From positions 1,116,001 to 1,180,000 of the forward strand of contig OX337235.1 of assembly GCA_946965045.2 (NCBI GenBank): a DNA stretch of 64,000 nucleotides. The letters run 5' to 3'. The position numbers and the translations under genes are program-made. Each line of letters begins with the position of its first letter. Position 1 is the first letter of the stretch. Shown here one piece after another: positions 46,201-54,931 of the stretch. This DNA is from Epithemia pelagica. Its lineage: Eukaryota > Protista > Bacillariophyta. The notes under the pieces were generated by a model. The model did not search any database. It was not told the DNA's origin and saw only the letters and a list, made by a program, of their open reading frames with translations.

Positions 46201-46485
46201 ATCGTCATCATCATACAACTCTGCTTCAAACGGTGTACTCACAAAATGACAGGTTGGTGACCGGAACGAGAATCCCTCATTAGATGGAATCTTCTTCTTC
46301 TTCTGTTGGGTGGTTCTTGCAGTGGACGCCATGTAGGGCCTTTTCTTCGAATGCAACAAGGAGGGTCCGAAATGACGAAATGTGTTGGGGAATGATGTTT
46401 GGATCCACGCAGTAATGATGGTTTGCTGCAGGGCAAGTATCAAAGACCAGCACAGTAGCGACAGTCTCACGGTACGATGGAACAT
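43270..46485 (-). CDS. O-carbamoyltransferase, NodU/CmcH family, with a predicted signal peptide
   Basis: Motifs VGLNKYSHD, HHLAHAYS, VMDGMGE, LAGGVALNSVLNG, PYPGDDG, EVGPRALGHRSILADPR, KQRETFRPFAPSV, VTHIDGSSRLQTV and LNTSFN. Likely start MFHRTVRLSLLCWSLILAL at 46485. Confidence 0.9.
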   Translation of the reverse strand: MFHRTVRLSLLCWSLILALQQTIITAWIQTSFPNTFRHFGPSLLHSKKRPYMASTARTTQQKKKKIPSNEGFSFRSPTCHFVSTPFEAELYDDDDEENPYGPSSPGTNDKTKDDWLKEHPLAVADETTRLVVGLNKYSHDTCICVAHAETGEVLYAQSKERIGSRHKHAAGSVTELVETCLDALQLDMENIDQVIVNNHHYRVLPRERDVSQLEWEAGLLVNQGPDDERDGFLTEPENLFPHVSSHYELSHHLAHAYSVAAQAPFDHGLVVVMDGMGETYRAMMQAVQEQDPQYVCDFNLPQPDTAQSTMQLIPSNLEELAQSTCFDWREAESVYTFVKSNSTTTDPDDTPRAIVDIQPIFKRFTQEHVPPVLYNHGFDSMDSLGALYSRTSSHIFGDWNACGKVMGMAPWAAAETQWAQDPPMAQTVQPPTLLQQIVSGSLYRDDALVIDRTLLKGLPLCARNDPDLFQPHNVGSNDDDEETVPQRRNPYDFDRPDVVPDYTGAADDNNQDMTNPVSGDDNEENDDNNNQPRLPPTRVALEAMALAHRMQTDLETVAMDFIRHFQEQTGQDNLCLAGGVALNSVLNGRVALELQQQGPEDATQKRQLFVPPYPGDDGIAVGCCAYGLFGRRTPAMQKEEEQRTSALPKDGDELNSSTRDSPPLWKGPLSPYLGGLYSHAEIQEALDRASPWIEVEMVRDEYVRHSRMVDELMSGGVIAWFHSRSEVGPRALGHRSILADPRKHGLVRFINQHVKQRETFRPFAPSVLAEQAHEWFDGISPPTLAGTTASPYMSLTAQVKETQRHKIPAVTHIDGSSRLQTVTSTDEPSYHALITEFWKRTGIPMVLNTSFNTLRREPIVETPMEAIRSFLYTKGNLDMLVMEDYIIKRKPADLRKLLGNDVGSRTTLSSSTLGRPVVEPAYPQRVGAAHFQARFSLPEADMDDNDEDDYYDDMNSNLATTWVQMPGRILHLPDKSHGNNPESSPSWYELMDELEGEILSACDGTRTFNEILVRYAAVPSATTTPGDDDDDETKKNKKKKREDGVDEETQQVVQNVVHRLVRLYDETFVYW

Positions 46486-46870
46486 GTTGTCAAAAAGTCG
46501 ACGGCGATTTGGATGCTGGAGAATCCACAGAACGACGAATGCGGGTGCCAATGATGAATGATCGACCAGGAGTCGAATGAGTGATGCCGTACAACCACAA
46601 AGAATGGAAGGATCCCAAGTTGTCGGTTCGCTTGTCGGGGTTCGTCAATTTCGTTGGTTCACAGAAAAAAAGGATTCCATTCGGAGATGCCAAAGATACT
46701 ACGGCTCGTAGCTTGGATGATAGGTGGGAATCCAGAGGCCCGGGGGACGGACAGGAGGCAGGAGGACACAGTCACAGGTATGACGTCACAACGCGGTAAT
46801 CACGACTTGCTTATCCGCGAGTGAGTCATCGGCCTGCGTCAATCGCACACAAAGGGAGGAGTCCAATTCC

Positions 46871-47298
46871 CAACTCGGAAGCACACCCAACCAAGCAAGA
46901 TTCCGCCACCGCCCCATCATGATTCCCACGTCCCTCCAACACAGACTGACGTTGACACTATTGTCCTCGTACGAAGCAAACGGAAGGCCAACGAGCTTAT
47001 TAATGTCGTAGGAATCCAATGCAACTCATTGATTTGACCGTCCGAACTTTAACGTCGCAACACGTATCCTGACGCATGCGACGGATGGGCAAACCCGCAA
47101 ATCCCGCGATCAATCCATATCGTGTAACGTGTAACAGCACAAAGATACTCGTCAGAGAGATCCTCTCCGCAGTCGTGCCCTTCCTGATTCAGATTCTCAG
47201 TCGAATCAGAATCTCAGCTCTCATCCAAAGTTGCTCTCATATAGAGGTCATAATCTGCAAATCAAGCAACTTATCAACACAAACACCAAATCGTCAAC
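46871..47298 (+). promoter_or_regulatory. Lhcx upstream region, duplicated at 62395..62818
   Basis: Collinear match begins at caactcggaagcacacc. The region lies between the divergently transcribed carbamoyltransferase and Lhcx genes. The promoter role is inferred from position. Confidence 0.6.
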
Positions 47299-48018
47299 AT
47301 GAAGCTTTCTGCCGCCACTCTTGCCCTTTTCGCCACTGGTGCTTCTGCCTTCAACTTCGGCAAGGCCCCTGCTGCCTCCAAGACCTCCTTGGAAGCCGCC
47401 TCCCTCAATGGCTGGACTCCTGATGCCACCAAGTTCGCCTACGGTCTTCCAGGATCTTTGGACCCTGTCCCTGAATTCGACCCCTTGGGTTTTGCCGCTG
47501 ATGCCGATTTGGACAAGGTGAAGCAATACCGTGAAGCCGAACTTCAACACGGCCGTGTTGCCATGTTGGCCGTGATTGGTTTCCTTGTGACTGAGGAACC
47601 GATTGAGTTCCACCCTCTCTTTGAGGCCGCCAACAAGGACATTGGCCCTGCGATCCGTCATTTGGACGAAGTGCGTGCCGTTGCTCCTATTTTCTTTGAG
47701 TTGTTGGCTGTTGTGATTGGAACTTTGGAATTGAACCGTGCCTTGGTTGGCTGGATCCGTCCTACGGAAGTCAAGAAGCAAGTGTTGAACGACGACTACT
47801 TCCCTGGTGATGTTGGTTTTGATCCTCTTGGCTTGCGGCCTGAAGACGAGGAGGAATTCCTTGCTTTGCACACCAAGGAATTGCAAAATGGTCGTCTTGC
47901 CATGCTTGGCGCTGCTGGAATTATTGCCCAAGAATTGGTGAACGGCAAGGAGATTTTTGTCAACTTGGGTTTGGCTGAAGACCGTTTTGACCCCTCCACT
48001 CTCCCTGTTCAATTCTAA
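47299..48018 (+). CDS. LHCX: Lhcx-type light-harvesting protein, 239 aa
   Basis: Start MKLSAATLALFATGASAF; the same LHC motifs as the 14922 copy. Confidence 0.9.
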   Translation: MKLSAATLALFATGASAFNFGKAPAASKTSLEAASLNGWTPDATKFAYGLPGSLDPVPEFDPLGFAADADLDKVKQYREAELQHGRVAMLAVIGFLVTEEPIEFHPLFEAANKDIGPAIRHLDEVRAVAPIFFELLAVVIGTLELNRALVGWIRPTEVKKQVLNDDYFPGDVGFDPLGLRPEDEEEFLALHTKELQNGRLAMLGAAGIIAQELVNGKEIFVNLGLAEDRFDPSTLPVQF

Positions 48019-48872
48019 ATGAATTGAACTTGAGACTTGTCAAGAAAAACAGGAACAATAGAAACAATAAATGGATAGAGTAGACGCTCAATTTCATCCA
48101 ACCACAAAAGTTTTTGGAGCCTTGCTCGTCGAGAGAGATAATGTAGAGTTGATTAAGGACATCGGAAATTCAGAGTTCATGTCAGTTTCCTGGGTCATGG
48201 AGCGAATGACGGAACAAGTGGTGTAACGACTAACGACAAACAACTACTATCGCAACACATTTAAGCGTCGAGCCGGTCAATAGTCGAAATGATTCTCCTT
48301 CTCTTGTGATGGTCAGAATTTCCCTGTAGGAGTACGACAGCAAGCGGCGACAACGACAAGCGACGACAACAATATGCGACGAGACAGCAAGCGGCGACAA
48401 CGACATTCGACGACAACAATGACATACTCAACAATCAACTGATCGTTTCGGTCAAACGGCATAACAATCGGCGACCACGGCACGGCAACAGCACCATACT
48501 CAACACCGAAAAGATTGCCTACGACCTACGACACATAGACGCATGTACAAAGCTAGGTAGATGTTCTGTACTAGCAGCTGTTTATATGCATACTCGTAGA
48601 GGAGGCGGGTTGTGTTGGAACAGAACCAGGAGCCGAGCCAGGAACCAAGCAATAAGAGCGACCAAAGAATGAAGAATCCTACTGACGTGGAGGATTGGCA
48701 AGATGTCGCCCTAAGCGGTCATAAGATCCGCCAAATGAAGGAGACATCTAGTGCTCACTCTTTGTAATCTATAACGAAATTTGCTTTAGCTTTGTTGCCT
48801 GTACAGCACGAAGACTGATCAGTTTCAACATAGATTACAAAGAGCTGACATTGTACTTCACGGCACAATCTG

Positions 48873-49463
48873 ATGTCCACAACGCAGTCCCCAGAAGAAA
48901 ACAGTACACCAGTGTCACGTTTAATTGGGCAGTTTATTCGGTTGAAGCTTCTGTCCGAAGGACGCGCCAGTCGACTGGCTGAGGAACACGAGAAACTTGT
49001 GAAGGCGTTGGATCGAAAGTACTGGGCTGATAAAGCTGAACAGTACCGCCAAGCCTTACACAACGAAGAAACTCGTTATCAACAAGCGTTGTTGCGCCAA
49101 AAGAACAGTCACGAGGCTGAGTTGGGACGGGTGTACCGAGAAGCACAACAAGAAGAAGATCAAACGAATCCGGACCAGCAACCACAAGTGGTAGAGGAAG
49201 AGCAAGAACAAACCTCCACAAGTCCACAAGAAGTAGAAGCAGAGACGGTGACAACACCCATTGTGAAGGTATTGGGAATCGGATCTCGCGTACGAATTAA
49301 GACCGGCATCTACTTATCGGGTCACAAAGGAAAAATCTACGGAGCAAAAGGTGAGGTAACGCGGTTTACCAACGACTGTGTGGTCGTCGCTGTCCGAAAC
49401 CACCAGAACAACAAGATCGAGGAATTTCGTCGCAAAGAGCACAACCTGACCATTCTTCTTTAA
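48873..49463 (+). CDS. Extra ORF (ORF0) inside the Copia element: coiled-coil + KOW/SH3-like C-terminus
   Basis: 196-aa ATG-to-TAA ORF between the 5' LTR and gag. C-terminus LGIGSRVRIKTG...GHKGKIYGAKGEVTRFTNDCVVVAV. Confidence 0.6.
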   Translation: MSTTQSPEENSTPVSRLIGQFIRLKLLSEGRASRLAEEHEKLVKALDRKYWADKAEQYRQALHNEETRYQQALLRQKNSHEAELGRVYREAQQEEDQTNPDQQPQVVEEEQEQTSTSPQEVEAETVTTPIVKVLGIGSRVRIKTGIYLSGHKGKIYGAKGEVTRFTNDCVVVAVRNHQNNKIEEFRRKEHNLTILL

Positions 49464-49464
49464 G

Positions 49465-50661
49465 ATGAGTGGACGGCCGGAGAATATACAATCGGGCGAA
49501 CAAGGCGGTCGAGGACGAGGTCGATCAGGACGTGGACGTGGGGGCCGGCAAGGAAGAGGACAGCAGGGGCCCAAATTCGAAGGACAAGAGCCACTCTTAA
49601 AAGGGTGCACGTTTGACTACTCACAAGATACGCAGGCGAAGAAGTACTTAAAAAATGTGGAGTTATTGGTGGGTTACATCGGCACAAAATGGCCAAAATA
49701 CAATCGTGATTTTCAACAAGCCGTGGAAAACCTCCAACTACCACCACCAACACCACCGACAAGGCCTGGACCAGCTGCAACACCAATAGAAGCCAAGGAG
49801 TGGGAATTCAACTACAAGGCACATCAAGAAAAAGAGATTGCTTATGACGGTTTTCGTTCCTCCCTGTACAGTGTTCTGCTTGGGCAGTGCACTGAGCTCC
49901 TCAAGGACAAATTAAAGGCGACTTCCACCTTTCCAACCATACAAGCATCAAGAGATGGGATCGCACTCCTCTCACTCATCAAGACTACTACTTTCACCTA
50001 TGATAGCGGTCGGGTATACACAGGCATGGCCCTTGACCGCATCAGAACGGATTTTTATACGCTCAAGCGTCACCCTGGACAGTCTGTCCAGAGCTTTTAT
50101 GAGGTGTTCAGAGCGAAAGCACAACTGATTGATGAGATGGGGATTGTTCTGTATGATCAACTCTACGTTGATGAGTTAGCACACAAGAATGGGCGTACTG
50201 GAAACGCAACTGAAGCCGACAGGAATGAAGCCCAGGCACGAATGATTGCGAATCGATTCATCAGGGCATGTCAACAAAAGGAGTACGAAGCGCGTCTCCA
50301 TAATAACTTCCTGGACCAACACAACATTTACCCTGCAACACTCGCTGATGCCAGAGCTATTATTGATGCTCGCATGGGGCGCCGAGAGTTGTCAAATAGC
50401 GGTCAACAACAACAACAGCAACAACTTAATGAGCCTAACACAGGAACAGGAACAGCGTTTGCAACACAGGGAGAGTCCAATGATTCTGCCCAAAACAACA
50501 ACGAAACACAAGGTTTGATTTTGAATTTGTCCAATGGTCATTGCAGTGATTTGTCCTCACATTCGTTTTCCATACTCCTTCACAGGCTCACATTCCTAAA
50601 ACATGGGTGCTGTTGGATAATCAATCAACGGTCCACCTGTTCAGTAATCCATCCCTCCTGA
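49465..50661 (+). CDS. gag: Gag-like protein
   Basis: RGG-rich N-terminus and LYSVLLGQCTELLKDKL...DGIALLSLIK, typical of diatom Copia gag. Confidence 0.8.
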   Translation: MSGRPENIQSGEQGGRGRGRSGRGRGGRQGRGQQGPKFEGQEPLLKGCTFDYSQDTQAKKYLKNVELLVGYIGTKWPKYNRDFQQAVENLQLPPPTPPTRPGPAATPIEAKEWEFNYKAHQEKEIAYDGFRSSLYSVLLGQCTELLKDKLKATSTFPTIQASRDGIALLSLIKTTTFTYDSGRVYTGMALDRIRTDFYTLKRHPGQSVQSFYEVFRAKAQLIDEMGIVLYDQLYVDELAHKNGRTGNATEADRNEAQARMIANRFIRACQQKEYEARLHNNFLDQHNIYPATLADARAIIDARMGRRELSNSGQQQQQQQLNEPNTGTGTAFATQGESNDSAQNNNETQGLILNLSNGHCSDLSSHSFSILLHRLTFLKHGCCWIINQRSTCSVIHPS

Positions 50662-53600
50662 TGACACCACCAAGACACACCGACACGACCATGCACATTC
50701 ACGGCCATGGAGGCCACACAAGCACCACACAAAAAGCATCAGTGCGCAACCACGGGGATGTTTGGTTCCATCCAAACGGATGGGTCAACATTCTCTCATT
50801 TCATTTAGTTAAAAAACAGTTCGAGATCAATTACAACGCACAATCCGATGAGTTCCACATTCTGCACAAGGGCACACTGATCGACACCTTTCATGCCAGC
50901 AAAGAAGGTCTATATTATTCCGACTGGTCCAATGCCACTACTGTTGGTTTAGTTACGACGATTGCATCTAATAAAGCACGTTATACTACCAATGATGTAG
51001 AAAGAGCATATGGAGTACGGTCCCTCCAAATCAAAATTGGGCGTCCTAGTGACAGAGAGTTGGCGGCCATCCTTGACCGCCACATGATACCCAATTGTCC
51101 GTACACCAGCAAGGATGTGCTCCTGGCTGCCAAGATCATCGGCCCAGATATCGGCAGCCTCAAGGGCAAGACTGTACGAAAGCGACCGGTGCGTGTGGAT
51201 GAAAACACGTTCGTTGACATCCCTATTCCAGATCGATACAGGGATGTGACGATGAGCATGGACGTCCTTCACGTCAATGGAGTCCCCTTGTTGGCGACCA
51301 TATCACGCCACATTCGTTTTGGCACCATTACCGCGTTAAAAAGCTTAACCTCCGAGTCCTTACTCGAAGCAATCAAACACGTTGTGGGAATCTATCGACG
51401 TGGGAACCTTCGTCCAAGAACAATGTTGGCTGATGGAGCTTTTGATAATGATGTGATCAACACGGGATTGCATGCACTAGGCATGAGGCTGAATCCATCG
51501 TCTCGCAAAGAACATGTGGGTGAGATCGAGCGTTACATCAGAACAATCAAGGATCGGATGCGATGCATCTATAACACCTTACCTTTTGAGCGTGTCCCGA
51601 GGGTACTCGTGATTGAAATGGCAAAAGCAGCTGTGTATTGGCTGAATGCTTTTCCAAAAGGAAAAGGTATCTTTGATGATGTAAGTCCCAAGACAATCGT
51701 CACAGGACAACAGCTGGATTTTCACCGTCACTGCCAGTTTGAATTTGGGCAGTACGTGCAAACACACGAGCCCCATGATAACTCAATGACACCTAGAACA
51801 CAAGGTGGCCTAGCTTTGCGACCAACGGGTAATCAACAGGGCGGATATTATTTTCTGAACCTATTATCCGGGCGAGTTATAAGTCGCAATCATGCAACAG
51901 TGGTGCCAATGCCAGAGAGCATTCCAAAACGGGTGGAACAGTTGGCGCTGGCACAAGAGGCGTTTCCCGGACTGGCATTTGGTGACCGTGACAATCGCAT
52001 CCTGGCACTTGAATACGATGATGCCATTGATGACGATGAAGAATATGTGCCTGACATGGATCAGGATGAAGATCTACGATACGATGAAGCATTAGTGGAT
52101 GAGGAAATTGGTGACCTCACTCACCTTGAGCAGGATTACGCTGAAGCGTTGGATGATGGAGTGGAACAGGGGATGGATGATGAATTGGTACTGGAAGGGA
52201 ATGGGGCCGAGGTGGAGCTTGAGGACCTTAATGGTCAGGATGGGGGAATGGAGAATGAGGATGATGAGGAGGAGGAGGCAGTGGAAGCAGAACATGATCA
52301 AGCCGTGATGGAGGACTTCGTAGAACAAGCAGCCGCTGACAACCTAGATGATGTCACCGAAGCCGAAGATGAAAGCGTGGCAAATGAAGGAGTGGCAAAT
52401 GAAGGAGTGGCAAATGAAGGAGTGGCAAATGAAGGAGTGACAAACGAAGACGAACACGAGTTACCTGTTGATGAACCACAACAACCAAACATCGGTGTTG
52501 ACGGTGGTGGTGTTGGCGGCGGTGGTGACCACGTGCCTGACCAACCTAGATATAACCTACGCACCAACAGAGAACGAAACTACGCACATCGATACAACAA
52601 TGATATCTACGTGACTTCGACAGTCGTTGAAGATTTATCCACACCACAGATGGGCATGAAATTGGGCATGAAAATGTTCGGTGAGCCTGGTGTGGCAGCA
52701 GTAAAAAAAGAAGTACGACAACTTCATGATCGGGAAGTGATGAAAGCCGTGATGAAAAGCACCTTGACCAAGGAACAAATTAGACAAGCACTAGGCTATC
52801 TAATGTTTCTCAAACGCAAACGTTGCGGCAAGATCAAGGGCCGAGGATGTGCCGATGGGAGAAAACAACGAGCCTTCATAGCCAAAGAAGATGCATCTTC
52901 GCCAACAGTGGCCACAGAAGCCGTATTCATGACTGCCATCCTGGATGCCATGGAACGTCGTGAAGTGGCGGTAATTGACATCCCAGGAGCATTCATGCAA
53001 GCCATCATGGACCCAGGGGTGTACATGAGGATCATGGGATTGATGGTGACCTTGTTGCTCGAGATTGATGACAGTTATCGTCCATTTGTTATATACGAAC
53101 GCGGTGAACCAGTGTTGTATGTTGAATTGTTGCGTGCCCTCTATGGAACATTGAGGGCGGCCCGATTGTTCTGGGAGAAATTGACCGCGGTAATCAAAAG
53201 CTGGGGCTACACGATCAATCCGTATGATGCCTGCGTGGCCAACAAAACGATCGATGGAAGTCAATGTACCATTACTTGGCATATTGATGACCTGAAGATC
53301 TCGCACAAGAAGAAGAGTGTCGTTGACGCCGTGATACAACAAATCAAGGATACATTCGGACAACTGGGTGAGATTTCCGTCTCACGAGGAAAGCGCCATG
53401 ATTATCTGGGTATGTACCTTGATTTCTCGGAACCAGAGAAGTTAATTGTGGACATGCGGTCATCAATTCACGGAATGATAGAGGATATGCCACGGGATTT
53501 CAAAGGAAGTGCACGAACACCAGCGGCCAGTCATCTGTTCCATGTCAATGAAGAGAGTCCAAAGTTGGACAAAGAACGCGCCGATTACTTTCACAGCTTG

Positions 53601-54434
53601 ACCATGCAGTTAATGTATGTGGCGCAAAGGGGCAGGCCTGATATCAGAGTGGCCATTGCTTTCCTCAGCACACGGGTGCAGGCACCAACTGAAGACGATT
53701 GGAGAAAACTCTCTCGTGTTATGAAATATTTGCAGTGTACCACGGATCTTTTACTCCGCCTCCGCTGCGATGGATCAGGAATTATCAGGTGGTGGGTGGA
53801 TGCCTCATATACCGTCCATCCTAACATGAGAGGTCATACTGGTGGGGTGATGAGCCTTGGTGACGGAGCCGCAATGAGCATATCCGCAAAGCAAAAACTG
53901 GTGGCACGATCATCGACAGAGAGTGAGCTGATCGGCGTCCATGATGCAATGCCCAACATGTTGTGGTGTCGGGAGTTTTTGCTGGCCCAAGGATATACAA
54001 TAAAAGAAACCAAACTACTACAAGACAACATGAGCGCAATGTTGCTAGAGAAGCATGGAAAGGCCTCCAGCAGCAAACGTACCAAACATATTAACATCCG
54101 GTATTTCTTTATCAAAGACCGAGTGGATAAAAAGGAGATTCAGATTGAACATTTCCCGACTGCTGAAATGTTGGCTGATTTCCACACGAAGCCCTTGCAA
54201 GGATCACTCTTCTACAAATTCCGGGATCTGTTGTTTGCTATCCCGAAGAACGATAAATACCATTCTTCGGCAAGGAGTGTGTTGGAACAGAACCAGGAGC
54301 CGAGCCAGGAACCAAGCAATAAGAGCGACCAAAGAATGAAGAATCCTACTGACGTGGAGGATTGGCAAGATGTCGCCCTAAGCGGTCATAAGATCCGCCA
54401 AATGAAGGAGACATCTAGTGCTCACTCTTTGTAA
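50550..54434 (+). CDS. pol: Pol polyprotein (protease, integrase, RT, RNase H), in the -1 frame relative to gag
   Basis: Motifs WVLLDNQST, MSMDVLHV, MLADGAF, EHVGEIERYIRTIK, IDIPGAF, ALYGTL, WHIDDL, WVDASY, SSTESE and QDNMSA. The frame opens after TGA 50547..50549 and the stop lies inside the 3' LTR. Confidence 0.9.
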   Translation, partial: FVLTFVFHTPSQAHIPKTWVLLDNQSTVHLFSNPSLLMTPPRHTDTTMHIHGHGGHTSTTQKASVRNHGDVWFHPNGWVNILSFHLVKKQFEINYNAQSDEFHILHKGTLIDTFHASKEGLYYSDWSNATTVGLVTTIASNKARYTTNDVERAYGVRSLQIKIGRPSDRELAAILDRHMIPNCPYTSKDVLLAAKIIGPDIGSLKGKTVRKRPVRVDENTFVDIPIPDRYRDVTMSMDVLHVNGVPLLATISRHIRFGTITALKSLTSESLLEAIKHVVGIYRRGNLRPRTMLADGAFDNDVINTGLHALGMRLNPSSRKEHVGEIERYIRTIKDRMRCIYNTLPFERVPRVLVIEMAKAAVYWLNAFPKGKGIFDDVSPKTIVTGQQLDFHRHCQFEFGQYVQTHEPHDNSMTPRTQGGLALRPTGNQQGGYYFLNLLSGRVISRNHATVVPMPESIPKRVEQLALAQEAFPGLAFGDRDNRILALEYDDAIDDDEEYVPDMDQDEDLRYDEALVDEEIGDLTHLEQDYAEALDDGVEQGMDDELVLEGNGAEVELEDLNGQDGGMENEDDEEEEAVEAEHDQAVMEDFVEQAAADNLDDVTEAEDESVANEGVANEGVANEGVANEGVTNEDEHELPVDEPQQPNIGVDGGGVGGGGDHVPDQPRYNLRTNRERNYAHRYNNDIYVTSTVVEDLSTPQMGMKLGMKMFGEPGVAAVKKEVRQLHDREVMKAVMKSTLTKEQIRQALGYLMFLKRKRCGKIKGRGCADGRKQRAFIAKEDASSPTVATEAVFMTAILDAMERREVAVIDIPGAFMQAIMDPGVYMRIMGLMVTLLLEIDDSYRPFVIYERGEPVLYVELLRALYGTLRAARLFWEKLTAVIKSWGYTINPYDACVANKTIDGSQCTITWHIDDLKISHKKKSVVDAVIQQIKDTFGQLGEISVSRGKRHDYLGMYLDFSEPEKLIVDMRSSIHGMIEDMPRDFKGSARTPAASHLFHVNEESPKLDKERADYFHSLTMQLMYVAQRGRPDIRVAIAFLSTRVQAPTEDDWRKLSRVMKYLQCTTDLLLRLRCDGSGIIRWWVDASYTVHPNMRGHTGGVMSLGDGAAMSISAKQKLVARSSTESELIGVHDAMPNMLWCREFLLAQGYTIKETKLLQDNMSAMLLEKHGKASSSKRTKHINIRYFFIKDRVDKKEIQIEHFPTAEMLADFHTKPLQGSLFYKFRDLLFAIPKNDKYHSSARSVLEQNQEPSQEPSNKSDQRMKNPTDVEDWQDVALSGHKIRQMKETSSAHSL
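52377..52445 (+). repeat. 15-bp coding tandem repeat (EGVAN) x4 in the INT-RT linker
   Basis: Unit gtggcaaatgaagga, repeated. Confidence 0.85.
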
Positions 54435-54759
54435 TCTATAACGAAATTTGCTCTAGCTTTGTTGCCTGTACAGCACGAAGACTGATCAGTTTCAACAGGT
54501 TGATTGTTGTGCTAGCGCCTCCTCACCACCGGAAAGCGAATTCAATCGCGACCCACGCAATGGTTTTGGATATCAAACAGGCTACTTACAACGTCAACCT
54601 TTAGACAAAGACTACATCCCCTTCAGCTCGGGATTGATTGCTTCTTCTCGTCCGTTGCTGCAAAAATAAGTCACACAGCGTCCACCAGTTGTTCCACTTG
54701 CTGTCATCGGAAAGATCCAACAAAGTAGGCCGAGTCCGTCAACCGTGCATTGAAAAATG

Positions 54760-54857
54760 AATCCTAAGCCTGCGGCCAGTATGCTACCGGATAGTCTTTA
54801 AAACTAAGAATTCACTTATATATATATAATCCTAAGCCTGCGGCCAGTATGCTACCG
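54760..54857. repeat. 30-bp perfect direct repeat around a 38-bp AT-rich spacer
   Basis: aatcctaagcctgcggccagtatgctaccg at 54760..54789 and 54828..54857. Confidence 0.9.
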
Positions 54858-54931
54858 CGGGATGGTCCAGCATACGCCATTGGTTTCGCTACATCGTTTA
54901 CACGTGCCAACGTCAACGATTGGTATCCTCA

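Larger units (their letters stand above)
48613..54497 (+). mobile_element. Full-length Ty1/Copia (CoDi-like) LTR retrotransposon, recent insertion
   Basis: 218-bp LTRs at 48613..48830 and 54280..54497 (TGTTG...CAACA, one mismatch noticed). 5-bp TSD GGTTG. Domain order PR-INT-RT-RH. Confidence 0.95.

Noticed and set aside
41769-46551. Bacterial contamination or an HGT operon (SpoU + NodU, also TraB)
   Set aside because: The genes have eukaryotic-style leaders and low-complexity insertions, lack operon spacing, and sit contiguous with diatom genes.
50513-50585. Intron fusing gag to pol in the first Copia
   Set aside because: The GT donors checked (50513, 50529, 50537, 50546) do not give the pol frame with the acceptor at 50585, and 50513 also fails with the acceptor at 50546.
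54760-54857. CRISPR-like repeat-spacer-repeat
   Set aside because: Only two repeats, no cas genes, and a eukaryotic context.
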